DNA from: Candidatus Heimdallarchaeum endolithica
GTDB taxonomy: Archaea > Asgardarchaeota > Heimdallarchaeia > Heimdallarchaeales > Heimdallarchaeaceae
Direction: 5' to 3'
Length of the DNA: 64,000 nucleotides
Assembly (NCBI GenBank): GCA_021513715.1
Contig: CP084167.1
Location: forward strand, 1,945,943 to 2,009,942
This document shows positions 1 through 9,429 of the stretch, piece by piece. The first letter of the stretch is position 1, and every line of letters begins with the position of its first letter. Position numbers and translations under genes: made by a program. The notes under the pieces were generated by a model, which worked only from the letters and a program-made list of their open reading frames with translations, ran no database searches and was not told where the DNA came from.

Positions 1-170
1 ATTTTTAAATGAAAAAAAGAAGTTCAGAACTTTTTGCCTATAGAGATTAGAAATAGTAAAAAAAATAAATGAGGAAAGGATGATTAGATAAAAATCCCTA
101 AACCAAAAATATAAAAAAGAGAGAAAAAAGAAAGTTTTGATAATATTCAAACTGTAATACAAACCGAGAT

Positions 171-246
171 GGGCCAGTGGTCTAGTGGCTATGACATCTC
201 CCTTACGCGGAGAGGATCGCAGGTTCAATTCCTGCTTGGCCCACCA
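171..246 (+). tRNA. tRNA-Val (anticodon UAC), CCA encoded
   Basis: Cloverleaf read by eye. Acceptor GGGCCAG/TTGGCCC; anticodon stem TCTCC/GGAGA with loop CTTACGC; T arm GCAGG-TTCAATT-CCTGC; discriminator A followed by CCA. 76 nt. Confidence 0.85.
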
Positions 247-324
247 CATCTAAACAAATAAAATCTTTCTTGTTAGTTGAATATTCATTCAGTAAAAATA
301 TTTTTAGGAGAGTGGAAGATTTTT

Positions 325-1110
325 TCACTTTCCTTTATCCCATAGATATTCAAAATTATTTGTGAACAGTTCTATTATTCCAGGATTCGACGAGAAGTGT
401 GGTCTATAGATGTATTTTTCACCTGTTTTTGGTGACACCCATATTACAAAAACCACTTGATCCTCATCTACTATTGTTCCTCTTACTAGCACGCTTTCTT
501 TTTCTATGAATTTTACTTTTGCACCTATTCTTCTTAATTGTTCTGCTATTGTCTTTGCTTTTTCATCAGCTACTGTCATAATTACTCTAACTTTTACCCC
601 TTTTGTTGTTACTTGTTCTAATTCTTCCTTTATTTTATCAAACCAATAAAATACATTAGTAAATATTCTTATATCTTTTTTTGCATTTTTTATTATTTCA
701 ATTGTTTTTAATTCCATTTCCTCTAATGATGAGTATCCTTCTAATAGTTCTTCTGGATTAATTTTTATTTGTCCTAAAAATGAGGTTATTTCATACACTC
801 TGTTCTTTAAATTTTCCCACTCAGAGTTTATTTCTTGTTCCTTTTTTTCTAAAAATCTTGTGAATCCTTCCATTGGTGGTAGTACTCTAAATCTTTTTGG
901 TCTTCCAGAAATTATTTTCACTAGTCCTAGTTTTGACAGGTTTTCAATTGTATCATAAATCCTCGGTGTAGGGATTTTAGTTTTTTGATGTATTTGTTCT
1001 GCTGTTAATTCTGCTTCTGAATTGTCCATTAATGCCATATACGTTTTTATTTCATATTCAGTTAACCCCACCGATTTTAGCTTTTGTTTTAGCTTATCTT
1101 GGTTATCCAT
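325..1110 (-). CDS. TrmB-family transcriptional regulator
   Basis: 261-aa ORF. The N-terminal winged HTH (LTEYEIKTYMALM...IPTPRIYDTIENLSKLGLV) is typical of TrmB, followed by a C-terminal effector-like domain. Confidence 0.6.
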   Translation of the reverse strand: MDNQDKLKQKLKSVGLTEYEIKTYMALMDNSEAELTAEQIHQKTKIPTPRIYDTIENLSKLGLVKIISGRPKRFRVLPPMEGFTRFLEKKEQEINSEWENLKNRVYEITSFLGQIKINPEELLEGYSSLEEMELKTIEIIKNAKKDIRIFTNVFYWFDKIKEELEQVTTKGVKVRVIMTVADEKAKTIAEQLRRIGAKVKFIEKESVLVRGTIVDEDQVVFVIWVSPKTGEKYIYRPHFSSNPGIIELFTNNFEYLWDKGK

Positions 1111-1201
1111 AATTCAAAGATTATTTTTTTCTTAAAAAACTTATCTTAAAATTCTATTTTACGCAGTTAATCAAAGTAATCGTTATTATAATCTTTATTT
1201 T

Positions 1202-1981
1202 TTATTGGTTAGTTGAAAGCAGTTGCTTTAGTCTCCTCGGTGATTGTGCAGCTATTTTCGCTTCACTCAACAAATAACCTATCTCAGGAATTATTCCGTC
1301 TGCCCTTGTGTTTTTTTTACATATTAATCTATGTTCAAGGAATCCTATTCTTTCAATTATTTCAATATCTTGACTGTGGTTTGTTTTTTTCAGTGCATCT
1401 TTGATCATTTTAGTTGTTGCTCCTGTAATTATTAGTGCTTCATTTTCCTCTTCAAATGGTTTTAGTAACCAGTCTAATGATTCTTTTGTTAGTTTTACTC
1501 TCAATTTTCTTCCAATTACTCGTTTTTCTGTCACTTCAAAGATTAACGGCAGATTTTCTATAAAACCGAAACTGTGAACTATTTTTTTTAATGATATTTT
1601 TCTATTTTTTACTAACTGCTTTCTTATTTCATATAGAGGATAAAGTGCATCTATTCTTTCTTCGCTTATATATACACCCATATCTATGAACAGACCGAAG
1701 TTTACACTTTCTGTTTTTCTTATTCTTCCAAAGTAACTTTTATTTTCTATAATTTCACTTATATTATATTCCGCGCCATATTGATTATGAATAAAGTTTG
1801 CTACAATTTCTTCATCTTCTCCTTCAACATGTATTTCAGCTAAGTTTTCTTCTGAAAAACTAATTTTTTTTATTTGAACATCTAGCTCATTAAATTCATT
1901 TTTAAGTATAAATTCTATTGATTTTTTTAGATTCTCCTCTGGTACATTATACAATTTAATGAGTGTGCGTATCTTTTTCAT
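1202..1981 (-). CDS. conserved hypothetical protein, possible S1/OB-like RNA-binding segment
   Basis: 259-aa ORF. Its ATG directly abuts the aTrm56 stop codon with zero spacing, suggesting an operon. The segment YFGRIRKTESVNFGLFIDMGV resembles an S1-type strand pattern. No family recognised with certainty. Confidence 0.35.
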   Translation of the reverse strand: MKKIRTLIKLYNVPEENLKKSIEFILKNEFNELDVQIKKISFSEENLAEIHVEGEDEEIVANFIHNQYGAEYNISEIIENKSYFGRIRKTESVNFGLFIDMGVYISEERIDALYPLYEIRKQLVKNRKISLKKIVHSFGFIENLPLIFEVTEKRVIGRKLRVKLTKESLDWLLKPFEEENEALIITGATTKMIKDALKKTNHSQDIEIIERIGFLEHRLICKKNTRADGIIPEIGYLLSEAKIAAQSPRRLKQLLSTNQ

Positions 1982-2521
1982 TCACTCTTTTCTCCTTTTT
2001 TCAATCACTTTCTTTCCTTTTTTACATGGTTCTATCTCGACTCTTGCATCAGAATACCGTCTTTTTCTTCCTTTTCCATTTGTTATTTTGTCCAAGCATA
2101 TTGCCAATGCGGCAACTTCTGAATGAGGTTGGTGTCCTATAGCAATGTTAAAGTCTGCTAAGTGATAGAACTCTATTTCTACCTTTGCTCCTCCAACAAT
2201 AACTAGTATATCCTTATCCACTTTTCTTATTTCGTCTACTACGTCATCTATTTCTATTCCAAACATTGTTAAGTGAACAACTATTCCTCCATCTTTTTTC
2301 CATTGTTTAACAAATTGTCTTTCATTTTGTGTATACTCTACACCAAAGTTTCCGCCCCAACTCTCGACTATTTGAGTAACTGTTTGTTCAATTCTATTAT
2401 CATACTCTCCACTATAAACTAGTTTTTGAGCTCCAAAGGCCCGAGCCACTAGAGCTAAATGACTTGACATACGTTTATCTCGTGTTATTCTATGATGTAA
2501 TCTTAAGACGACTATCTCCAT
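1982..2521 (-). CDS. tRNA (cytidine56-2'-O)-methyltransferase aTrm56 (SPOUT)
   Basis: 179 aa. The N-terminus VVLRLHHRITRDKRMSSHLALVARAFGA matches the aTrm56 signature as I remember it, and the size fits. Confidence 0.7.
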   Translation of the reverse strand: MEIVVLRLHHRITRDKRMSSHLALVARAFGAQKLVYSGEYDNRIEQTVTQIVESWGGNFGVEYTQNERQFVKQWKKDGGIVVHLTMFGIEIDDVVDEIRKVDKDILVIVGGAKVEIEFYHLADFNIAIGHQPHSEVAALAICLDKITNGKGRKRRYSDARVEIEPCKKGKKVIEKRRKE

Positions 2522-2800
2522 TGTTTCGTTTTGCTTTTCAACTTACTTAAACTTGATGTTAGCAGTTTGACACGTGGCTCATCAAATATTTATTTTAGTT
2601 AGAACCATTATTAAAATAATAAGCAGATTACTATTTATCTAACCATAAGCTATATGTTTTTACAGACCTTTATTAAAAAGCCTAAAACTCTAATATTCTT
2701 TTAATTGTTCAATATTTAATCACAAGTTTATATCAATATAAAGTCTTTTATATTAGAATTAGGAAATGAATAATAGAGAAATAAAGGGGTTGCCATACAT

Positions 2801-4003
2801 TTGTCTAAAGACAAACTATCACCTTTTGAAGAAGAAAAGAATGACCCAGCTTACTTACTTTCCTATGCGCATCATTTGGAAAGGCAAGCCAGACAGTTAG
2901 AAAGCGAGAAGCAATTAGTTGAAAGTGAACGATTACGTTTACAACGTGAAGTCAACAACCTTCGTGCAGAGCTAGAAAGACTTAGAACTCCTCCGCTTTT
3001 TATGGGCTATATAGTTGAGATAATTAGTGAAAATAAAGCTGTGGTTAGGAGTACAACTGGCCCTAATTTAGTTGTTTCAATTTCCAGAAGAATTGATCAG
3101 AGTCAATTAAAACCTCAAACAAGGGTCGCTTTAAATCAGCGAACATTTGCAATAATAGATGTCTTACCACCTGCTAAAGACCCATTAGTAAGAAAAATGG
3201 AATTAATTGAAAAACCCACAGAAACTTATGCAGATATTGGTGGCCTAGATAAACAAATTCAAGAAGTCAAAGAAACTGTTGAGTTACCGTTATTAAAACC
3301 AGAACTTTTTGAAAAAGTAGGTATCAATCCTCCAAAGGGTGTTCTTCTCCATGGACCTCCTGGAACAGGAAAAACTTTACTAGCGAAAGCTGTAGCAAAT
3401 GAAACAAACGCTGCTTTTATTAGATTAATAGGGAGTGAGTTAGTTCAAAAATTCATCGGAGAAGGTGCAAGATTAGTAAGAGAGTTATTCGAGTTTGCCC
3501 GCGAAAATGCGCCGAGTATTCTCTTTATTGATGAATTAGATGCGATAGGGAGCAGAAGATTAGATCTTGCAACAAGTGGCGACCGTGAAGTACAACGTAC
3601 ACTAATGCAATTATTGTCTGAACTAGATGGGTTTAACCCAAGAGGAGACGTAAAAGTAATTGCTGCAACAAACAGATTGGATATCCTTGATCCTGCTTTA
3701 CTAAGACCTGGTCGTTTTGATAGACTAATTGAGATTCCTATTCCTAATGAAGAAGCTAGAAGATCTATTTTCAAAATACATCTTAAAGGAATGAATATTT
3801 CTGAGGAAATTGATATTGATTATCTTGTTCAAATGACCGATGGGAGTAGTGGTGCAGAGATTCACAATATTACCATGGAAGCAGGTATGTTTGCAATTAG
3901 AAATAATCGTGATTATATTACAAATGAAGACTTTCATAATGCCGTAAAGAAAGTAAAAGGAGACAAAGAAAAGGTAGTACGAAACGTTACTGGATTTATC
4001 TAA
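2801..4003 (+). CDS. pan: proteasome-activating nucleotidase PAN (AAA+ ATPase)
   Basis: 400 aa. N-terminal coiled coil, OB segment, Walker A GPPGTGKT, Walker B ILFIDELD, second region of homology. TTG start. Confidence 0.9.
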   Translation: MSKDKLSPFEEEKNDPAYLLSYAHHLERQARQLESEKQLVESERLRLQREVNNLRAELERLRTPPLFMGYIVEIISENKAVVRSTTGPNLVVSISRRIDQSQLKPQTRVALNQRTFAIIDVLPPAKDPLVRKMELIEKPTETYADIGGLDKQIQEVKETVELPLLKPELFEKVGINPPKGVLLHGPPGTGKTLLAKAVANETNAAFIRLIGSELVQKFIGEGARLVRELFEFARENAPSILFIDELDAIGSRRLDLATSGDREVQRTLMQLLSELDGFNPRGDVKVIAATNRLDILDPALLRPGRFDRLIEIPIPNEEARRSIFKIHLKGMNISEEIDIDYLVQMTDGSSGAEIHNITMEAGMFAIRNNRDYITNEDFHNAVKKVKGDKEKVVRNVTGFI

Positions 4004-4035
4004 AAACTACCGTCACCATTTTTCTTTTTATTTGC

Positions 4036-4572
4036 TTAACTTTTTTGTTTTTTTTTCCAAGTATTTATCCTATTTTTTTGACGTTCAAAACCTTTCACAA
4101 CATAAGAGTCGTGACCAAATTTTTTTACAAACATCTTTTTAGCTTCTTCAAAACTGATTTCATTTTCTCCTTTTGAACAGTTGTCTGCAAACGAAACGAT
4201 TTCTTCCTCAATAGTTTTAGGAACGTAATCATCTTCAGGAAGACCTAACTTTTTTGCTTCTTTTTTTGGAATACCTGTACCAATGTGTTTTTTTACAATA
4301 TCAAGAACTTTTTCACTAATATTTTCTTTTTCTAAAATCTTTACTCCTTCAATTGCATGAAAGATACTATGAGTTACAGATCTACCTATATCATGAAGCA
4401 TTGCACCAGCAACTACAAGCTCCAAATTAACACCTTTTAAAGGTGAGGCTATTCGTTTCGCTATTTTTGTTACTACTTCACAGTGTCGAACTACATTTGG
4501 AGGAGTTTTATATTTTCTCAACAACATATAACATTCTTCTTCTGAAGGAATGTGTTTGTTTCGTTTTTGCAT
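4036..4572 (-). CDS. HD-domain phosphohydrolase (HDIG type)
   Basis: The LHDIGR motif and overall HD pattern. I chose the ATG at 4572; the track ORF extends to a TTG at 4590. Confidence 0.6.
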   Translation of the reverse strand: MQKRNKHIPSEEECYMLLRKYKTPPNVVRHCEVVTKIAKRIASPLKGVNLELVVAGAMLHDIGRSVTHSIFHAIEGVKILEKENISEKVLDIVKKHIGTGIPKKEAKKLGLPEDDYVPKTIEEEIVSFADNCSKGENEISFEEAKKMFVKKFGHDSYVVKGFERQKNRINTWKKKQKS

Positions 4573-4672
4573 AAAAACTAAAAAAATCAATCTTTTTTAA
4601 ACCATTCCGAGACAATTTTTTTTGCTTTTAACAAATGAAAAGAGATATAACATGTGAGTTTAGATTATTTTT

Positions 4673-5149
4673 ATGAAACGAGAACGACCTTCCTTATTTG
4701 AACTTAGACAACTAAAATGTATCGCTGATGTACAGTTTGGTATAGGCTCAGGTGATGTTTTATTTTCTAATGATATCTTAGTTGAAAGGTCAAAAAGTAC
4801 CAAAAGAATAAGATATGTATATTTAAACCAATATAGAATTTGCTCTTATCGAGTAACAGATGGATTTTTAGTTTTATCTTTAATGGGAGGGGAACTACTT
4901 CACAGCGCCAACTGTGGAAATAAAGTTGTTTGTCATCCAGATGCCGAACCTTTTATTCGGAAGAGCAAATCTTTATTTTCACAACATGTTCTTGAGAGCA
5001 ATAAAGATATTCTAGTAAAAGACGAGGTAATTATCACTAGCAAAACAAATGAATTTCTGGGCGTAGGAACAGCGAAACTATCTTCACAGTATATGCAACA
5101 CCTCAAAAGAGGAGTTGCAGTTAATACAAGAAAAGGTAAAAAAAATTAA
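4673..5149 (+). CDS. PUA-domain RNA-binding protein
   Basis: 158 aa. N-terminal QFGIGSG pre-PUA pattern and C-terminal PUA-like segment (VIITSKTNEFLGVGTAKLS). Confidence 0.55.
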   Translation: MKRERPSLFELRQLKCIADVQFGIGSGDVLFSNDILVERSKSTKRIRYVYLNQYRICSYRVTDGFLVLSLMGGELLHSANCGNKVVCHPDAEPFIRKSKSLFSQHVLESNKDILVKDEVIITSKTNEFLGVGTAKLSSQYMQHLKRGVAVNTRKGKKN

Positions 5150-5152
5150 TTC

Positions 5153-5521
5153 CTATTTGGATTTAAGTCTAACAATTGCACCTGCTAAATCGCCATTCTC
5201 TTCTTCTAAGGCTTTTTGTGCTTCAGACTTTGAAGCACCAGTTTGTGTCATTATTAGTTTTATGTCTTCTTCAGAAACTTTTTTCTCGGGCAATTTTTGA
5301 GAATCTGCAGTAATTGGTCTTTCAATACCTTGCCCAATAACTTGATACATCTCTTCTCCGAAAGTTATCTTTGACACAGTGGGGTTAGGAATTGCAATCT
5401 CTTTGTTCTTAAAACGGATTATCACTTCTTCAACACCGTTAAGTTCTACTGTTTTCATCTTCCCTTGTAACTTTTTTAGTTCTCTTGGACTTAAAGGCCT
5501 TTTTCCCATCAATTCAATCAC
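5153..5521 (-). CDS. nac: nascent polypeptide-associated complex protein (aNAC) with UBA domain
   Basis: NAC beta-barrel segment (EEVIIRFKNKEIAIPNPTVSKITFGEEMYQVIG) and C-terminal UBA (EEDIKLIMTQTGASKSEAQKALEEENGDLAGAI). Confidence 0.85.
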   Translation of the reverse strand: MIELMGKRPLSPRELKKLQGKMKTVELNGVEEVIIRFKNKEIAIPNPTVSKITFGEEMYQVIGQGIERPITADSQKLPEKKVSEEDIKLIMTQTGASKSEAQKALEEENGDLAGAIVRLKSK

Positions 5522-5529
5522 ATACTATT

Positions 5530-5829
5530 TTATTTATTTTCGTTTTCTTTCGTCTCATCTTTTGAGATTTCATTTTCTTCGTCATCAAGATCTTCAAAGT
5601 CTATTTCTTCAGGAGTTGGAGTTATAATTAAAGTCCAACCTATCCAAGCAAGTAACAACATTATGATTAGTATTGCAAAACTTATTATCCCTGCAGTTAC
5701 ATAATATCCAACAATCTGATATGTGTCGAAGTCTATTGCAGGAAGCACTATTGTTAAAACAATGGTTGCACCTATCACTGCAATTGAAAAGAAAATTAAG
5801 AATAATCCAATTATTTTATCTTTGTTCAT
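5530..5829 (-). CDS. small membrane protein with acidic C-terminal tail
   Basis: 99 aa. Two clear hydrophobic helices followed by an acidic EIDFEDLDDEENE tail. Confidence 0.45.
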   Translation of the reverse strand: MNKDKIIGLFLIFFSIAVIGATIVLTIVLPAIDFDTYQIVGYYVTAGIISFAILIIMLLLAWIGWTLIITPTPEEIDFEDLDDEENEISKDETKENENK

Positions 5830-5910
5830 TTAATATCCTCCGTTTCTTCTAAAAAATATAGTTTCAATTAATATTTAGATTTTTCTGATAAGGCCCATTT
5901 TCTATTTACT

Positions 5911-6867
5911 TTACTTTAAACATTTTTGCTCATTCAACCACTCGACATATAATTTTATTCCTTCCTTTATTGTTACTTTATTTGACCAACCCAGAGATCT
6001 AATTTTATTAGTATCCATTGAAGTAAAAACAACATCTCCTTTCCATCCTCTTTCGCCCCCAGTATATTTATAATTAACATTCGTAAGACCAAGAGCTTTG
6101 GTGAGTTCATCAGCGATTTCAGTTACAGAAATTGTTTCTGAGGAAGAAACATTAAAAACATCAAAATTGTTTTTGTTGTTATAATTTAACAATAGATTAA
6201 ATGCCTCAATAGTATCAGAGATATATAAGTATGTTTTTGTTTGTTTTCCATTACCTAAAATAATGAGCTCTTTTGGATTTTGCTTTAACTTATTATAAAA
6301 ATCATACATTACACCATGAGTAGAACGAGGTCCAAAAATATTTCCTAATCTTATTGAAGTTATTTGCATTGAATACAGAGAAGAATAACTACTACAGTAC
6401 ATCTCTATTGCTGCTTTTGCAGCACCATAGTTTGAAATGGGTTTTAGTGGTTGATTTTCAGCATTTGATTTTTGCGTTTCTCCATAAATTGTTCCTCCAG
6501 AACTCGCAAAAATCATCCTTGGGATATCCTTTTTTCTCATCAATTCTAAGATATTAAATGAGCCATCAACATTGATTTCAAAATCCAGTCTTGGATTATT
6601 CACACTAACTTTCACATCTGGTTGCGCTGCCAAATGAATAATACAACTGTATTCTCTATCAAGCTGTAGTAGTTTTTCAAAATCTCGAATATCAAATTGG
6701 TAAAAATCTACCTTTTTGTTGTCTAGGTACCCCTGGATATATTGTAAATTTGTTCCTGCAGAAAGATCATCAATAATGGTAACAAAATGACCATCTTTAA
6801 CAAACTGATCAACAATATGGGAACCTATGAAACCGCATCCTCCAGTTACTAATATGTTTTTTTCCAT
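5911..6867 (-). CDS. NAD-dependent epimerase/dehydratase (UDP-glucose 4-epimerase-like SDR)
   Basis: N-terminal VTGGCGFIGSH Rossmann motif and the YGAAK catalytic YxxxK. Confidence 0.8.
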   Translation of the reverse strand: MEKNILVTGGCGFIGSHIVDQFVKDGHFVTIIDDLSAGTNLQYIQGYLDNKKVDFYQFDIRDFEKLLQLDREYSCIIHLAAQPDVKVSVNNPRLDFEINVDGSFNILELMRKKDIPRMIFASSGGTIYGETQKSNAENQPLKPISNYGAAKAAIEMYCSSYSSLYSMQITSIRLGNIFGPRSTHGVMYDFYNKLKQNPKELIILGNGKQTKTYLYISDTIEAFNLLLNYNNKNNFDVFNVSSSETISVTEIADELTKALGLTNVNYKYTGGERGWKGDVVFTSMDTNKIRSLGWSNKVTIKEGIKLYVEWLNEQKCLK

Positions 6868-6882
6868 TTAATTCAACCTATT

Positions 6883-8148
6883 TTATCCTATTGTTCTCAG
6901 AAAATCCTCTAATGCACCTAGAAAAACTTCAATCTCATCAAATGTGTTATAAATATAGAGTGAAGCACGAACTGATCCTTCACCTTTACCAGGATTCATT
7001 CCAATACTGTACGCAAATGGATGAACACAATGATTACCTGCCCTCATCATAATTCTATGCTGGGGGAGCATATCATTCATATACATTGAAACATCATTAT
7101 GGGAAACAACATCAGATTTTGGTCTAAAAGACACTAAAGCAGCTCTATTTTTCAGTTCTGTAGAACCAATTATTTCTATCCCTTCCAAATCTAACATCCC
7201 CCTAAGTAATTTTCTTAGAAGAGATTGCTCTCTGTTATGGACCTCTTCCATTCCAATATTCATCAAATAATCTACTGCTGCACCAACCCCCATCATCCCT
7301 GCATAATTTTGCAACCCGGCTTCAAATTTATGAGGTGGTGGGAGATATTTTGGTATTATCTTACCATCTTTATAAACTACATCTTCAATTACATCTCCTC
7401 CAACAAAGAACATATCCATCTCTTCTAGGAGATCATATTTACCATAAAGAACGCCCATTCCTGAAGGCCCACATGCTTTATGCATACTCAATACAGCTAT
7501 ATCAACATCTAATTTTTTCACATCCAATGGAGCATGGGGAGCATATTGAGCCTCATCAGAAATCACTAATGCATTGTGTTCATGAGCTATTTCTATTATT
7601 TCTTTTAATGGAGCAATCGTTCCAGTGACGTTCGATGCATGAACAAGAGAAACAATTCTTGTATTATCATCAATTTTTTTTTCAAAATCACTTAAGTCAA
7701 ATCGACCATCTTTGGAAGCATTTACTATCCTAAATTCACTACCTACTTTTTTTGCTCGTTCATAAAAAGGAAGCATACCAGAATGGTGTTCAAGGGAAGT
7801 CGTGACAATATTTTGATTTTTAGTAATAGATATACTGTTAGCTGCAATGTTTAACCCCTCTGTTGCATTTCTTGTCCAGATTATTTCTCTCGAATCTTTA
7901 GCATTTATAAATTTAGCAACTTTATCTCTAGCTTCTTCAGCCAACAGGCTTGTTTCTGTGCCTAAAGAATGAGTAGAGCGTCCAGCCCCACCACATGCAC
8001 CCAAATATCTATAATAATATTCAATTGTTTCCCATACTTGTTTTGGTTTTAATGACATACATGCTGAATCAAAATAAATCAAAATTTTTCCTTCGTAAAG
8101 CTGATCTAGAACAGGAAAATCTTTTCTAATTCTATGCCAAACAACCAT
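6883..8148 (-). CDS. cysteine desulfurase / class V aminotransferase (SufS/NifS-like)
   Basis: 421 aa. PLP-lysine context LSMHKACGPSG and the class V fold pattern. Confidence 0.75.
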   Translation of the reverse strand: MVVWHRIRKDFPVLDQLYEGKILIYFDSACMSLKPKQVWETIEYYYRYLGACGGAGRSTHSLGTETSLLAEEARDKVAKFINAKDSREIIWTRNATEGLNIAANSISITKNQNIVTTSLEHHSGMLPFYERAKKVGSEFRIVNASKDGRFDLSDFEKKIDDNTRIVSLVHASNVTGTIAPLKEIIEIAHEHNALVISDEAQYAPHAPLDVKKLDVDIAVLSMHKACGPSGMGVLYGKYDLLEEMDMFFVGGDVIEDVVYKDGKIIPKYLPPPHKFEAGLQNYAGMMGVGAAVDYLMNIGMEEVHNREQSLLRKLLRGMLDLEGIEIIGSTELKNRAALVSFRPKSDVVSHNDVSMYMNDMLPQHRIMMRAGNHCVHPFAYSIGMNPGKGEGSVRASLYIYNTFDEIEVFLGALEDFLRTIG

Positions 8149-8150
8149 TC

Positions 8151-8399
8151 TTATCCCTCAGTTTCTGGATCATGTACTAGCTCCCAAAGGAATCCAGAAC
8201 TAGTCCACTTTCTCTCAACAATTCCTTCTTCAACAAGTTTTTTTCCTGCTAAAATAACGTCTCCACCACTAGCGCACCCAGAACACAGTTCAGGAAACAA
8301 ATCACGTAAAGCTAGTATATCTTTTGTTGATGCAGGATTCTTTTTCCTTAAAATTGCTAAGACACAGTCTATATTTTTCTCCTCAAAACCACTTGACAT
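8151..8399 (-). CDS. small winged-helix-like protein with a CSGC motif
   Basis: 82 aa. Its stop lies 2 nt before the desulfurase start. wHTH-like pattern (ILAILRKKNPASTKDI...LVEEGIVERK) interrupted by ELCSGCASGGD. Confidence 0.4.
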   Translation of the reverse strand: MSSGFEEKNIDCVLAILRKKNPASTKDILALRDLFPELCSGCASGGDVILAGKKLVEEGIVERKWTSSGFLWELVHDPETEG

Positions 8400-8563
8400 T
8401 TAACTCAATTCATTGTTTTTAAACCCGCTTTTAAAAATTATGGAAATAATTACTGTTTTTTTCTTCCATTACAAAACGTGATTTATACAATTTGCGTTTT
8501 TTTAAGCAATGAAAAATCTTTTCAAGTATAAGTTTTTGTGTTATCTGGAAAGAAAATTCTCAA

Positions 8564-9100
8564 ATGGTGAAATTATTGGTCAATTTACATCGTTGTGAAA
8601 TGTGTGGGCGTGAAGTCCCGCGTCTAACTGAAATTGAAATAGAGGGAGCCCGATTATTAGTTTGTTCCAATTGCTCAAGACATGGAAAGAAAGTTGTAAA
8701 AAAAACTGTTTCTCAAACAAAGAAAAGATTTGTTCGAGGTCCATCGCAAACAAAGAAAACTAGTACAACTAGAGAAAAGCCAAAAATGACTATTCAAAGA
8801 CGGAGTGAAGAAACAATTGTTTTGGCTGAAGATTATGATAAAAGGCTTAGGTTAGCTAGACAAAAAATGAATCTAACTCAAAAAGATGTTGCAAATAAAA
8901 CCAAGATATCTGCTAGTAACATACAAAGTTTTGAATTAAAGAAACTTCGACCTACAGATGAACAAATAAAAATACTTGAAAAATTCTTTGGCATTACTCT
9001 CACAGAGAAAATAATCAACTATGGAAGTGGAGAACAAAAGACTTCAAGAAACTACCAGACTCTAGGCGATATAGTTGTAATAAAGAAAAAAACAGATTAA
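8564..9100 (+). CDS. mbf1: multiprotein bridging factor 1 (aMBF1): Zn ribbon plus XRE-type HTH
   Basis: N-terminal CEMCG...CSNC zinc ribbon. C-terminal HTH LRLARQKMNLTQKDVANKTKISASNIQSFE. Confidence 0.75.
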   Translation: MVKLLVNLHRCEMCGREVPRLTEIEIEGARLLVCSNCSRHGKKVVKKTVSQTKKRFVRGPSQTKKTSTTREKPKMTIQRRSEETIVLAEDYDKRLRLARQKMNLTQKDVANKTKISASNIQSFELKKLRPTDEQIKILEKFFGITLTEKIINYGSGEQKTSRNYQTLGDIVVIKKKTD

Positions 9101-9113
9101 AGGAAGAGTTAAT

Positions 9114-9335
9114 TTAAAAGGCTTTAACATTCATTTTACTTTGAAGATCTCGAATTAAAGATTCAGCTTCCTTAATTGGAAGTTTAAAAGTATATAATTT
9201 CTTTTTTGTTCTAAACTTTAATTTTATTTTGTCTTTAGACCTTTTTGTTCTTAACTCTCCATTTTGCTCGATGGTTAATTGAATAACTTTTTCTAATTGT
9301 TCCTTAGTAGTGAGTTCCATTGGCATTTTCTTCAT
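9114..9335 (-). CDS. rpl38e: ribosomal protein eL38 (L38e)
   Basis: The C-terminal 68-73 aa (KEQLEKVIQL...RTKRSKDKIKLKFRTKKKLYTFKLPIKEAESLIRDLQ) aligns by eye with eukaryotic eL38 ([37 protein letters not shown]). The track ORF (to 9440) overlaps aRF1 and is probably over-extended. Alternative starts lie at 9335, 9326 and 9320. Confidence 0.65.
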   Translation of the reverse strand: MKKMPMELTTKEQLEKVIQLTIEQNGELRTKRSKDKIKLKFRTKKKLYTFKLPIKEAESLIRDLQSKMNVKAF

Positions 9336-9429
9336 AGTGCTGCTATCACTTTTCATTAAAAATGTTTCTTTTGAAGAAAAAATGTTTTTGTCTATAACTT
9401 TCTGAACAAGAATCATCTTTTCTTGTTTT

